Sequence record: MT478991.1
DNA length: 64,000 nucleotides
DNA from: Escherichia phage vB_EcoM_011D4
Reading direction: 5' to 3' (one strand)
Below the pieces are notes generated by a model. It had not been told where the DNA came from. It searched no databases and was given only the letters and a program-made list of their open reading frames with translations. The first letter of the stretch is position 1. Each line of letters begins with the position of its first letter. Positions 13,472-22,907 of this stretch are shown piece by piece. The translations under genes and the position numbers were made by a program.

Positions 13472-15055
13472 ATGAAAACTACCAAAGAACTGATGGAAAA
13501 ATGGTCCCCGCTGCTGGAGAACGAAAAACTGCCGGAAATCGCAACTGCGTCTAAGCAGAAACTGGTTGCTAAAATTCTGGAATCTCAGGAAGCGGATTTT
13601 GCTGTAGACCCGATCTATAAGGATGAAAAAGTTGTTGAAGCATTCGGTGGCTTTATCGCAGAAGCCGAAGTTGCTGGCGACCACGGTTATGACGCATCTA
13701 ATATCGCGGCTGGTCAGACTACCGGTGCAATCACCAACGTAGGTCCGGCTGTTATCGGTATGGTTCGCCGTGCTATCCCTAACCTGATCGCATTTGATAT
13801 TTGTGGTGTTCAGCCGATGAGCACTCCGACTAGCCAGATCTTTGCAATCCGTTCTGTATACGGTGGCGACCCGCTGGCAAGTAATGCTCGTGAAGCATTC
13901 CATCCGATGTATGCGCCTGATGCTTTCCATAGCTCTCTTGCTGCTAAAGGTGCAACCACAAGCTCTCCGGCTGGTACTCCGTTTAGCAAACTGACTGCTA
14001 GCCAGGCTATCAATACGGGTGATATCGTATATCACGTATTCGAACAGACTGGTATTGCATATCTGCAAAACGTAACATCTGGCACTGTAACTCCTACTCA
14101 GGATGGCGATACCCTCGATGAATGCGTAATGAAACTGATCGAAAAAGGTGATCTGGCAGAAATCGCAGAAGGTATGGCTACTTCCATCGCTGAATTGCAG
14201 CAAGGGTTTAATGGTTCTCAGAATAACCCGTGGAACGAAATGTCAATGCGTATTGACAAACAGGTTGTTGAAGCGAAATCTCGCCAATTGAAAGCCCGTT
14301 ACTCTATCGAAGTTGCGCAGGATCTGCGTGCTGTACACGGTATGGACGCTGACGCTGAACTGAATGCGATCCTGGCTAACGAAGTTCTGCTTGAAATCAA
14401 CCGTGAAATCGTTGATGTAATCAACTTTACCGCTCAGGTTGGTAAAACTGGTATGACTCAGACCGTTGGTTCTAAAGCTGGTGTATTTGACCTGCAAGAC
14501 CCGATCGATACTCGCGGTGCTCGTTGGGCTGGTGAATCCTTCAAATCTCTGATCTACCAGATCGACAAAGAAGCTGCGGAAATCGCTCGTCAGACTGGTC
14601 GCGGTGCTGGTAACTTTATTATCGCTTCCCGTAACGTTGTAAACATTCTGGCTTCTGCTGATCAGGGTATCAGTCTTGCTATGCAGGGTGCTGCACAGGG
14701 TCTGAATACCGACACCACTAAAGCTGTTTTCGCTGGTGTTCTGGCTGGTAAGTACAAAGTATTCATCGACCAGTATGCTCGTCAGGACTACTTCACCGTA
14801 GGTTACAAAGGCGACAACGAAATGGATGCTGGTATCTACTATGCTCCGTATGTTGCTCTGACTCCGCTGCGTGCAACTGATCCGCAGTCTTTCCACCCGG
14901 TTCTGGGCTTCAAGACTCGCTACGGCATCGGTATTAACCCGTTTGCAGACAGCAAATCCCAGGCACCGTCCGCTCGCATCACCTCCGGTATGTTGAGCAA
15001 AGACAGCGTAGGTAAAAACGCATACTTCCGTCGTGTATGGGTTAAAGGTTGCTAA
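13472..15055 (+). CDS. 23: major capsid protein gp23
   Basis: 527 aa; about 70% identical by eye to T4 gp23 (e.g. GPAVIGMVRRAIPNLIAFDICGVQPM, GIYYAPYVALTPLR). Confidence 0.97.
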   Translation: MKTTKELMEKWSPLLENEKLPEIATASKQKLVAKILESQEADFAVDPIYKDEKVVEAFGGFIAEAEVAGDHGYDASNIAAGQTTGAITNVGPAVIGMVRRAIPNLIAFDICGVQPMSTPTSQIFAIRSVYGGDPLASNAREAFHPMYAPDAFHSSLAAKGATTSSPAGTPFSKLTASQAINTGDIVYHVFEQTGIAYLQNVTSGTVTPTQDGDTLDECVMKLIEKGDLAEIAEGMATSIAELQQGFNGSQNNPWNEMSMRIDKQVVEAKSRQLKARYSIEVAQDLRAVHGMDADAELNAILANEVLLEINREIVDVINFTAQVGKTGMTQTVGSKAGVFDLQDPIDTRGARWAGESFKSLIYQIDKEAAEIARQTGRGAGNFIIASRNVVNILASADQGISLAMQGAAQGLNTDTTKAVFAGVLAGKYKVFIDQYARQDYFTVGYKGDNEMDAGIYYAPYVALTPLRATDPQSFHPVLGFKTRYGIGINPFADSKSQAPSARITSGMLSKDSVGKNAYFRRVWVKGC

Positions 15056-15137
15056 TATAAGCCATTCCTGAAAACTCCTGTCGGGTGCAATGCCCGACTT
15101 ATCATAAACCTTATGACAGTGTAAAGTGTTAATTCCA

Positions 15138-15169
15138 AAGGGAAGACTCGAAAGGGTCTTCCCTTTTTG
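15138..15169 (+). terminator. strong rho-independent terminator after gp23
   Basis: 10-bp stem AAGGGAAGAC/GTCTTCCCTT followed by TTTTT; a weaker hairpin precedes it at 15080-15098. Confidence 0.8.
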
Positions 15170-15445
15170 CGTATTATATCAAGTTATAAATAGGGTTGCA
15201 AGCCTATATTCTATTGGGAGCGAAAATAGATACACACAACAAACATTTCCACCAATTTTCGTAGTAACTGCATGACAAAGGGACCAATGAATGAAATGAG
15301 CGTTCATGTTGATATTGGGTCGGATAGATTTGGTAGATATACAGATCTGCCTTGTTATGACATTCCAGCGTGACGCTAGCGGTAATTTTTGGTTTTGGTA
15401 CGCTGTTCCCTGAATTAACCCAAAATTCTCCATAAGGAGGAATGC

Positions 15446-15598
15446 ATGAGTAAGAAAGAAAACAGCTATGTTATGACTCGTAAGGAATACAACGAATTGA
15501 TGTTAGCATTAGCTTATGCAATTATTCGTTCTGATCATGCAATTAATCTGGTAAACAAAGTTAACCGTAGCGTTGATAATGTTTCTAGGAAGAAGTAA
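15446..15598 (+). CDS. small hypothetical protein (50 aa)
   Basis: ATG 7 nt after strong RBS TAAGGAGG; flanked by terminators; not in ORF track (<60 aa). Confidence 0.45.
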   Translation: MSKKENSYVMTRKEYNELMLALAYAIIRSDHAINLVNKVNRSVDNVSRKK

Positions 15599-15608
15599 GT
15601 TTATTTTT

Positions 15609-15636
15609 GGAATCCTTCGGATTCCTTTTTCTTTTT
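15609..15636 (+). terminator. rho-independent terminator
   Basis: GGAATCC-TTCG-GGATTCC followed by TTTTTCTTTTT. Confidence 0.75.
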
Positions 15637-15637
15637 G

Positions 15638-15645
15638 TATAAATA
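15638..15645 (+). promoter_or_regulatory. T4-type late promoter TATAAATA upstream of gp24
   Basis: Exact TATAAATA 38 nt upstream of the ATG at 15683. Confidence 0.6.
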
Positions 15646-15682
15646 TGATATATCCATTAAGGCAAATACAGGATTCATAAAC

Positions 15683-16924
15683 ATGACTCATATTTTTACT
15701 GAACTGTTGCGGGAATCTACTTCCTCAGTAGCTAACCAGACAGCGCGACCGCAACTATTATCATTAACTCGCGCGGTAAACAACCTGATTTTCTCTGATC
15801 TGGTAGCAATCCAGCCAACGGATCAACCAGTATCTGCATTGTACGGCCTACGTTATCTTAATCGTGATGGTCAGATGACTTTCCGAACTGCTACAACCTA
15901 CGGTGGCGCGGCTGGTGATCGCACAGAGATTGAAGAGTTTTCAAAAGAAAAATCTTATGACGAAGGCGCACTGTTCAAATCAGACAATGTTGTATACGAA
16001 GTTGTGACCGCTGGTACAGTCGGTGCAGATGCCGAAACTCCAGAAGCTGCAATCTTTAAAGGCGTAATGACAAACAAAATTCGTTTCTATAGCGATTGTG
16101 CATCGGTAGAATACTTTGAAGATAAAAACACCGAAATTTCGTCTACCTCTATGCAGTTTGATAAATGGCAGGTTAATGTAGGTTCTCGTAAACTGAAAAC
16201 CTCATTCACGACCGAATTAATGCAGGATCTTGAGGCAAGCCAAATCAACTCTGAAAACTCTGTAATTGATCTTCTGGCTACTGTTGCTTCCGAAGAGATC
16301 AACAAAGATATTATTCAGAAGTTGATCACTGTATCATCTCGCTATAAAATTAAAGGGATCACCCCTGATGGCGTACTTTCTCTCGTTAGCGTTCAGGATG
16401 CACCAACACAAGCGCGTGAACTTTACCGCTATGCTTGCGAAATGAGCAATCAAATGTTGCGGACTTCCTCCTTTGCTGGTACATACGTTTTGGCGTCTTC
16501 TCGCGTGGTTGGCCTCCTGCAATCTACCGGTTGGATGGAAGAAACCGACAATGCTCTAAGTGAAGGTCGTCTGCGTTGCGGTCTGGAAGTGTACGCAGAC
16601 ACGACGACACCTTTCGATTATATGCTCGTTGGTTGTAAGCACATGATCGGTGATATGGAGAGTGTAGGTTCTCTGTTCTACTCCCCATATACAGAAGCCG
16701 ACGGCGCTGGCGCGTATAAGAGCGTAATTGACCCTAATAGCTTCCAGCATCATGTAGCTATTATGAATCGTTATTCACTCTCTGTCAACCCATACACATC
16801 AAAAGTTGATCAGGAAGAACACCAGGTCATCAAGGGTGACGATTGGGGTAAAATGGCTGGACGTTCAGAAATGTCCTACATTTTAGGAATCGAACTGCCA
16901 CCGCTTGAGATTGACAACGCTTAA
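15683..16924 (+). CDS. 24: capsid vertex protein gp24
   Basis: Listed ORF begins at a TTG (15635); the ATG at 15683 (MTHIFTELLREST) aligns with the T4 gp24 N-terminus; gp23 paralogue. Confidence 0.93.
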   Translation: MTHIFTELLRESTSSVANQTARPQLLSLTRAVNNLIFSDLVAIQPTDQPVSALYGLRYLNRDGQMTFRTATTYGGAAGDRTEIEEFSKEKSYDEGALFKSDNVVYEVVTAGTVGADAETPEAAIFKGVMTNKIRFYSDCASVEYFEDKNTEISSTSMQFDKWQVNVGSRKLKTSFTTELMQDLEASQINSENSVIDLLATVASEEINKDIIQKLITVSSRYKIKGITPDGVLSLVSVQDAPTQARELYRYACEMSNQMLRTSSFAGTYVLASSRVVGLLQSTGWMEETDNALSEGRLRCGLEVYADTTTPFDYMLVGCKHMIGDMESVGSLFYSPYTEADGAGAYKSVIDPNSFQHHVAIMNRYSLSVNPYTSKVDQEEHQVIKGDDWGKMAGRSEMSYILGIELPPLEIDNA

Positions 16925-17512
16925 CTAAATATCTAACCAAGACAAGTCAGATCCGCCCAAGATTTTTTCGACGGCGGATCTATTTTCTTGATGATATAAG
17001 TTAAAACATGGTATCCCATGTCTACGGGCAACATAAACAGCAATTCGAGTTCCTCCAGAAACAATCCCATTAACTTCTTTCGCCCAAAATAACACACAAT
17101 CTACAGGATCATCAAGTGTCTCACCTAAGACTTGAGCAACATTTCTAGAAAACAGATTTTGCATGTATAACGGTATAGAACGAGGATTATCATAAACGTG
17201 TTCTAATTCATCCATCGCCAGATTTTTTTGTTCTAAGGTTTGCCATGCAATCACATCATGACCGTTATGCTTGTGGTCATAAAACTTCCAATTTGGAATG
17301 AAAATTTTTCTATAATCTGGATCGTAATACTTCATGAAAGCATTGTCCATACCGTAAGCCCCTCCAGAATGCGCTACAACGCGATTTTCTGACAATACCC
17401 TCCCAATGGTACTAGCCATTATCAAAATGTCGCTAGGCGCTTTTCTAGAGCCGATTAAAGCACATCTACGAAGTGGTTTTACTCCAAATAGATCTTGTAA
17501 CTGGTCAAACAT
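16925..17512 (-). CDS. SLOG-superfamily Rossmann-fold protein (DprA/Smf- or DUF2493-like)
   Basis: 195 aa; IGSRKAPSDIL...VVAHSGGAYGMDNAF resembles the DprA/SLOG GSR...SGGA.G.D core. Confidence 0.5.
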   Translation of the reverse strand: MFDQLQDLFGVKPLRRCALIGSRKAPSDILIMASTIGRVLSENRVVAHSGGAYGMDNAFMKYYDPDYRKIFIPNWKFYDHKHNGHDVIAWQTLEQKNLAMDELEHVYDNPRSIPLYMQNLFSRNVAQVLGETLDDPVDCVLFWAKEVNGIVSGGTRIAVYVARRHGIPCFNLYHQENRSAVEKILGGSDLSWLDI

Positions 17513-17666
17513 AATATTTCCTCCATAGAAAGCAATATCATACTACAAGTTAATAACAAATACAAGTATCCGCGTAGCGGAAGCGAGCACAGCGAGCAAT
17601 AAAAACACTTCCAGTAATTGATTAATAAATGTTCGAAACAAATTTTTATTATTCTATAAGATAAGT

Positions 17667-17870
17667 CTTCGTTTTGATCATAATTTAATCATACATGTAA
17701 AAACTACACAAAAGGATATCGCTTCGCGAACTCCTACGGAGTATAACATTTGTGTTACAATATGTAGTGATTAATAATTAACCAAAGATACATTTTCTAT
17801 GTTCTAAAGATCTTTCTTCGTTTTGGTCATAATTTAATCAAACAGTATTAATATTGTGCACATGTAAACT
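17667..17870. repeat. direct repeat pair in 414-bp noncoding region
   Basis: CTTCGTTTTG(A/G)TCATAATTTAATCA at 17667-17691 and 17816-17840, each followed by CATGTAAA(A)CT. Confidence 0.6.
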
Positions 17871-17893
17871 AAAATTATGTTAATAACAGATAC

Positions 17894-17918
17894 AAAAAAG
17901 CCGCCCAGAAGGACGGCT
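17894..17918 (-). terminator. rho-independent terminator (minus strand)
   Basis: Minus strand reads AGCCGTCC-TTCT-GGGCGGCT + TTTTTTG. Confidence 0.7.
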
Positions 17919-17926
17919 AATGTTAA

Positions 17927-18364
17927 TTATTTGTTGATAACGATCTGATTTCGGCGAATGGTAACATTACTCTTAGAGATGATCAGATCATCCGGCACTA
18001 CGTTAGTTTTGTATGGCTGGAAGCGAACAAGCATCTGATTGCGTTTAGACCCTTCCTTAATCTTGATTTCCATCTGGATATTGTTGCCTACGTGAGCAAC
18101 CGCAATTTCACCTTTATTCTCATAGACCCACTTGCTGGTAACGTCTCCAGCAAAAGCCTTAATAACTTGCAATGCTTCGTCATATGCGGTAGAGCTGTGA
18201 ACTTTCAGAAGACCAGCCGTAGCAAGACGGGAGCAGGTGATCGCCGGAGATTGCCAAACATCAACATTAATTTGCTCAATCAGAGTAACACCGCCCTGAT
18301 CAACTGCTTTGAATGCTTCGAACATTGCCTTTTTCATTGCTACGTGGTTTTTACGGAATTTCAT
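17927..18364 (-). CDS. hypothetical protein
   Basis: 145-aa ORF followed by terminator; no recognisable motif. Confidence 0.5.
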   Translation of the reverse strand: MKFRKNHVAMKKAMFEAFKAVDQGGVTLIEQINVDVWQSPAITCSRLATAGLLKVHSSTAYDEALQVIKAFAGDVTSKWVYENKGEIAVAHVGNNIQMEIKIKEGSKRNQMLVRFQPYKTNVVPDDLIISKSNVTIRRNQIVINK

Positions 18365-18410
18365 AATTATTCACCTCTATTGATTAGTTATTCAGAATAT
18401 TAATTACAAA

Positions 18411-18686
18411 TCAGGACATTGCCCGTTTGAATGCGTCCATTATAACAGTGTTATTTGGCTTGTCAACACGTTTTTGAACTTTATTTTTAAATTTTTTGTT
18501 GATGTGGTGTTTACGATAAACAACCTTTTCACGGCTGGCGTAAGCCTCGCGTGCATCTTTTACCATCAACCATGCCTTAGCCGCATCTTGTCCGCTGATC
18601 CCGCCAATCTTCTTAGCAATATCAACAAAATTAAGACCGTGGTCTTCGCGTAGCATGTAAACCATTAACGCTGTTTTCTTGTCCAT
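18411..18686 (-). CDS. hypothetical protein (likely starts at internal Met MDKKTALMV)
   Basis: Internal ATG overlaps the stop of the upstream 65-aa ORF (TGATG coupling); coordinates approximate. Confidence 0.4.
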   Translation of the reverse strand: MDKKTALMVYMLREDHGLNFVDIAKKIGGISGQDAAKAWLMVKDAREAYASREKVVYRKHHINKKFKNKVQKRVDKPNNTVIMDAFKRAMS

Positions 18687-18883
18687 CACTTCGCCCCATT
18701 GACGATTAACAGGATAGTGATCAGTACCGGAAACTGGATCATGACAGTACCAATAAACCGGATAAACGCATTTTCTGACTTCCACACATGACATGCGACT
18801 AGCTGATAGACCATTGTTGCAACCAAAGCCAGAAAATACATCTCGATAGGTGCTTCTTTGATCAATCGTACAATCTCATTCAT
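18686..18883 (-). CDS. small hydrophobic membrane protein
   Basis: 65 aa, two hydrophobic segments. Confidence 0.4.
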   Translation of the reverse strand: MNEIVRLIKEAPIEMYFLALVATMVYQLVACHVWKSENAFIRFIGTVMIQFPVLITILLIVNGAK

Positions 18884-19043
18884 ACTTCACCTCATACATT
18901 CATAAACACAACAACGAATAGGACAGTAACAGTTATTAAAGCCATTTTCAACCCCATATTCATAATATTTTCTTCGCCTCACTATGACAGTAGCATGTCG
19001 ATGCGTGCCATTATAGGCATCTAAATCGCTCTGTCAAGCACTA

Positions 19044-19073
19044 AAAACAAAAAAGCCACCCCGAAGGATGGCT
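19044..19073 (-). terminator. rho-independent terminator after hoc (minus strand)
   Basis: Minus strand AGCCATCC-TTCGG-GGTGGCT + TTTTTGTTTTT. Confidence 0.7.
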
Positions 19074-19084
19074 GATAGATTTCA

Positions 19085-20299
19085 TTAAGCAGGATGCGTT
19101 TCACGAATGCGTAGAACTCGCTCTAACGTATCTCGGTCCAGTTTATGTAACTCTTTGGAATGATACATGAAACCATTGCGAGATTCCATGCAAGTGCAAT
19201 CACTATATTTTTCTTCCGCTGCCGCGATCGTCTCCAGATCTTTGGCGTACTTGCTGGTAGAATAAACTTCTCGGTCACGCCACTCTAACCCAGCCTCATT
19301 GAATTTAACAATCTCGTCAAATACCCACCATCCAATGTAGATAAATGAAGTTTTGCGCCACGGGATCGGGTGTACGTAACGAAACATTTTAACAACTTCA
19401 ATGGAACATTTTCTGCTTGTACTTGCTGCAACTTCTACTGTTTCATCTTCGATCTGTTGATATAGTTTAGCAACACACCAGAATTTGGCTGTGTCATCGT
19501 AAGTAGCACTCTCTTTGAACAGATGACCGTCTGGCATGATAGAAAATCCTTCCAGTGCTTCGCCGTCCTCACTACCGATTAGAGTCGGTGACGGTTGCCC
19601 TTCGCGCTGCAAATACCAGTTATGTTTGATCGTCAATTCAGGCATACCGCTAGAATCGCCTACAATGTCCTCTGATACAACATAATTAAGTAAGATCTCA
19701 TTACCTAGTGCCACGGTCTTTGATTCCACCACATCCTGATCTACGTTCATTGTTGCCAGCATGATTTTAGTCGATGCGCTATTGGCTGAATTTTCCGACT
19801 CACCCCACACTTTTACAGTATACACGCCGTTTTTATCTGCTGTAAATTCTTGGATTGTAATATCCTGTTTTGTGTCTATAACTTCTTCGCCCTTACTCCA
19901 ACTATAATGTAGTTCATAGTTGTCTGCTGGAGTCTTCCCACCCGAAAATTTTACTGTTGCATGTAATTCTACGTCTTTTTGTGATGATACGTAGAAATGC
20001 GGCGGTTCGGTGATGTTTACGATTAATTCCGCTTCTTCCATGAGGAAAACTTCAGATTCTACTGATGCCATCGTATCGGTATCTTGTACCGTGACTTTAT
20101 AGCTACCAGCATTTTCACTTGTTGCGTCTGCTACAGTTAGCGTAGCTGTGTTATTTTCATGCTGTTGGTCGTCTTTTGTCCATGTATATGTCAAATTGCT
20201 GGGTAATGGTTCGTCACCCGTTACAGTCGCCGTTAAGGTGAAACCATCGCCAGCAAGAAAACATCTTTTGTCAGATTTAATTGATACTGTGAAAGCCAT
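19085..20299 (-). CDS. hoc: Hoc, highly immunogenic outer capsid protein (Ig-like repeats)
   Basis: 404 aa; C-terminal YVHPIPWRKTSFIYIGWWVFDEI and ESRNGF match the T4 Hoc capsid-binding tail. Confidence 0.9.
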   Translation of the reverse strand: MAFTVSIKSDKRCFLAGDGFTLTATVTGDEPLPSNLTYTWTKDDQQHENNTATLTVADATSENAGSYKVTVQDTDTMASVESEVFLMEEAELIVNITEPPHFYVSSQKDVELHATVKFSGGKTPADNYELHYSWSKGEEVIDTKQDITIQEFTADKNGVYTVKVWGESENSANSASTKIMLATMNVDQDVVESKTVALGNEILLNYVVSEDIVGDSSGMPELTIKHNWYLQREGQPSPTLIGSEDGEALEGFSIMPDGHLFKESATYDDTAKFWCVAKLYQQIEDETVEVAASTSRKCSIEVVKMFRYVHPIPWRKTSFIYIGWWVFDEIVKFNEAGLEWRDREVYSTSKYAKDLETIAAAEEKYSDCTCMESRNGFMYHSKELHKLDRDTLERVLRIRETHPA

Positions 20300-20468
20300 A
20301 TAAAGCCACTCCCATAGAAAATCCGAATTTAATTAATTGAAATAGTTGATTGTCATCAACCAGATAACCATTGCGAGATTCCAATATATGAGTATTAGAA
20401 TAGTGATGCAACGAGGCCGAAATAGTATCGATCTCGTCTGGGTATTTGTTCTGTTTGATGTAATACAT
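20277..20468 (-). CDS. Hoc C-terminus-like fragment (possible gene remnant)
   Basis: 63 aa; KYPDEIDTISASLHHYS..LESRNGY parallels Hoc C-terminal KYAKDLETIAAAEEKYS..MESRNGF; overlaps hoc start. Confidence 0.35.
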   Translation of the reverse strand: MYYIKQNKYPDEIDTISASLHHYSNTHILESRNGYLVDDNQLFQLIKFGFSMGVALYGFHSIN

Positions 20469-20564
20469 TGATTTTGTTAGACATGTAGTATCCTCTTTTT
20501 AATTGCATAACGGAACTACAATTAAAATTATAACAAATATTTCACAACTTTTATCACCCAAAAA

Positions 20565-21290
20565 TTACTTGAGTGTGTGGAATTGGCTATGTTTAGTCTC
20601 TCGCACCTTGACAGACCCATCGCGTTTGATATAATAGATCAGTGACTTGAGGGTGTCGTGTACATACGCGTGCGGGAAACGCTCTGGATACTTCTTCCAA
20701 TCTGGAGTATTAACGATCCAGTCGAAAATCCACCACGGGCAGGAGTAGTAACCACGACCGCCACCGATCAAGCAAATGGTCGGACGGAAGCCAGTAAGAT
20801 CGCAAAATGAATCAGTGTCATGTGCTGGGGAACGATGCTCTGCTTCGTTAGAGAAAATGTTGGCTACCGGAGATTCCACTTTAACTTCCGGTGCTTCTTC
20901 AACATCTGACTTAACTTCTTCGACCACTGGTTCAACTGCTGGAGATTCTTCTTTTGTTTCTTCAATGACGATCTCAGGTTCTTTCATTGCTTCAACCAGA
21001 GACGGATCAACTTCGTCGAATACCACTTTATCATCTGCGGTGTCTGCTGCCAGAATAAGATCGTTAATACTGGTTCCTTCTGCCGGAGTTTCTTCTTCCA
21101 TTTCGGAAGCCAGTTTAGTTAATTCGGTTTCTACGAACTCGATCATGTTCTCTAGGGATAAAGTCTTTTTGACCTTAATATCAAATTGTTTTGCGTAGTC
21201 AGCTAATTCTGTTTTAGCTGTTTTCTGTGCTTCTTTGTCGTCGGACGCCGCAATAGCGCGGAGTTCTTCGAAATATTCTTTATCAAACAT
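20565..21290 (-). CDS. inh: Inh-like protein (prohead protease inhibitor) with Hoc-like C-terminal domain
   Basis: 241 aa between hoc and uvsW as in T4; acidic middle; C-terminal CPWWIFDWI resembles Hoc IGWWVFDEI. Confidence 0.6.
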   Translation of the reverse strand: MFDKEYFEELRAIAASDDKEAQKTAKTELADYAKQFDIKVKKTLSLENMIEFVETELTKLASEMEEETPAEGTSINDLILAADTADDKVVFDEVDPSLVEAMKEPEIVIEETKEESPAVEPVVEEVKSDVEEAPEVKVESPVANIFSNEAEHRSPAHDTDSFCDLTGFRPTICLIGGGRGYYSCPWWIFDWIVNTPDWKKYPERFPHAYVHDTLKSLIYYIKRDGSVKVRETKHSQFHTLK

Positions 21291-21317
21291 GTTATTCTCC
21301 TGATTGGGGGGTGTTTG

Positions 21318-21325
21318 TATAAATA
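21318..21325 (+). promoter_or_regulatory. T4-type late promoter TATAAATA upstream of uvsW
   Basis: Exact TATAAATA 22 nt upstream of the uvsW ATG. Confidence 0.55.
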
Positions 21326-21346
21326 TTTGTATACTGTATTTATTGA

Positions 21347-22864
21347 GTGAGGCTATTCGCTATGCAAGATATTAAAATTCACTTTCTGAACTACTCCCAT
21401 GTTCAAATTGAATGTAGCGATTCAATTTTATTAGAAATGCGAGATTATTTTAGTTTTGAAGTCGAGGGAGCGCGGTTTCAAAAAAGATTTAAGTATGGTG
21501 GATGGGATGGGCGTATTCGTCTTTTAGATTACAACGGAAAGCTGCCAATCGGCCTAACTAAAACCGTGGGAATCTTCGCTAAAAATATGGGCTATAGCGT
21601 ATGGGTAGATCCTCGCTTATTCGAAAAAGAACAAGTTACAGAAGAAGAAATTACAAAATGGTGTAATGACTTAGAATTATATTCCGGTGCTAACAGGATC
21701 ACCCCGCATTGGTATCAATCAAAGGCCGTCTTTGAAGGTATTCATCATAAACGCCGTATGTTAGTTTTGCCTACGTCCGCTGGTAAATCTGCGATTGCTT
21801 GTATGTTGTCTCGCTGGTACTTAGAGAACTACGAAGGGAAAGTGCTGATCATCGTTCCTACCACGTCGCTAGTGCTGCAAATGCGTGATGACTTTGTTGA
21901 TTATCGCCAGTTTCCTTATGAAGCAATTCATACTATCATGAGCGGTACTAGTAAACACGTAGGTGATCGCCTGATCGTTGTTAGTACGTGGCAATCAGCA
22001 TGTAAACAGCCTCGTGAGTGGTTCCAACAATTCGGGATGGTTATTGTTGACGAATGTCACAAAGCCACTGCTAAAAACCTGCTAAACATCGTTACTGATA
22101 TGGATCATTGCCAATTTAAGATCGGCATGACTGGTTCACCTCGTGACGGGAAAGCTAACATGATGCAGTATGTCGGGCTTTTCGGTGATATTTCTAAGAT
22201 CGTGAGTATTGACCGCCTGATGGAAGAAGGGCAGGTGACAAAACTGAAAATTAACTGTCTTTTCCTTCGTTATACCGATGAGGAATGTAGCGCGGTTAAG
22301 GGTAGAGAATATGCGGAAGAGATCAAGTATATTACGTCTAACCCACGACGAAATAAGTTTGCTTGTAATTTGGCGCTAAAACTCGCTAAGAAGGGCGAAA
22401 ACGTATTCCTTATGTTCCGCAATACTAAGCACGGAAAACTTATGTATGACGCGTTACAGAAGGTACACGACAAGGTTTATTATATTGACGGTGGAGTTAA
22501 GACAGAAGAACGTGATGAATTTAAGAAAATGGCGGAGGGTGACACCGGGATCATTTGTGTTGCGTCTTATGGTGTATTCTCTACTGGTGTTTCAATTAAG
22601 AATTTGCATCATGTTATTTTCGGTCATCCAGTGAAGGAATCAACTATCGTTCGTCAGAGTATCGGTCGTGCATTGCGTAAACATGGTTCGAAAGACATTG
22701 CAACGGTCTGGGATCTTATAGATCATCTGGCGGTGAAGACAAAGAGCAAGAATGCTAAGAAACAGTTTAGCCACCTTAATTATGCTCTTAAACACGCGCT
22801 TGAAAGAATAAAAATTTACAACACCGATCGATTCGAATATGTCACGAAAACAATCGAGATCTAA
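21347..22864 (+). CDS. uvsW: UvsW DNA/RNA helicase
   Basis: 505 aa; SF2 helicase motifs LPTSAGKS, DECH; highly similar to T4 UvsW. Confidence 0.95.
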   Translation: MRLFAMQDIKIHFLNYSHVQIECSDSILLEMRDYFSFEVEGARFQKRFKYGGWDGRIRLLDYNGKLPIGLTKTVGIFAKNMGYSVWVDPRLFEKEQVTEEEITKWCNDLELYSGANRITPHWYQSKAVFEGIHHKRRMLVLPTSAGKSAIACMLSRWYLENYEGKVLIIVPTTSLVLQMRDDFVDYRQFPYEAIHTIMSGTSKHVGDRLIVVSTWQSACKQPREWFQQFGMVIVDECHKATAKNLLNIVTDMDHCQFKIGMTGSPRDGKANMMQYVGLFGDISKIVSIDRLMEEGQVTKLKINCLFLRYTDEECSAVKGREYAEEIKYITSNPRRNKFACNLALKLAKKGENVFLMFRNTKHGKLMYDALQKVHDKVYYIDGGVKTEERDEFKKMAEGDTGIICVASYGVFSTGVSIKNLHHVIFGHPVKESTIVRQSIGRALRKHGSKDIATVWDLIDHLAVKTKSKNAKKQFSHLNYALKHALERIKIYNTDRFEYVTKTIEI

Positions 22865-22869
22865 TAAAT

Positions 22870-22894
22870 AGGGGCTTTAATGCCCCTTTATTCT
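22870..22894 (+). terminator. rho-independent terminator after uvsW
   Basis: GGGGC-TTTAAT-GCCCC + TTTATTCT. Confidence 0.6.
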
Positions 22895-22907
22895 ACGGAG
22901 ATTAAAA

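Noticed and set aside
15179-15433. 84-aa minus-strand ORF between gp23 and gp24
   Set aside because: No RBS or promoter; the region is framed by plus-strand terminators, and a plus-strand 50-aa ORF with a strong RBS follows it, so plus-strand transcription is the likelier function.
17513-17926. tRNA gene in the ORF-free island
   Set aside because: No cloverleaf with acceptor stem and T-loop GTTC-type box could be drawn by eye; left as a noncoding repeat region.
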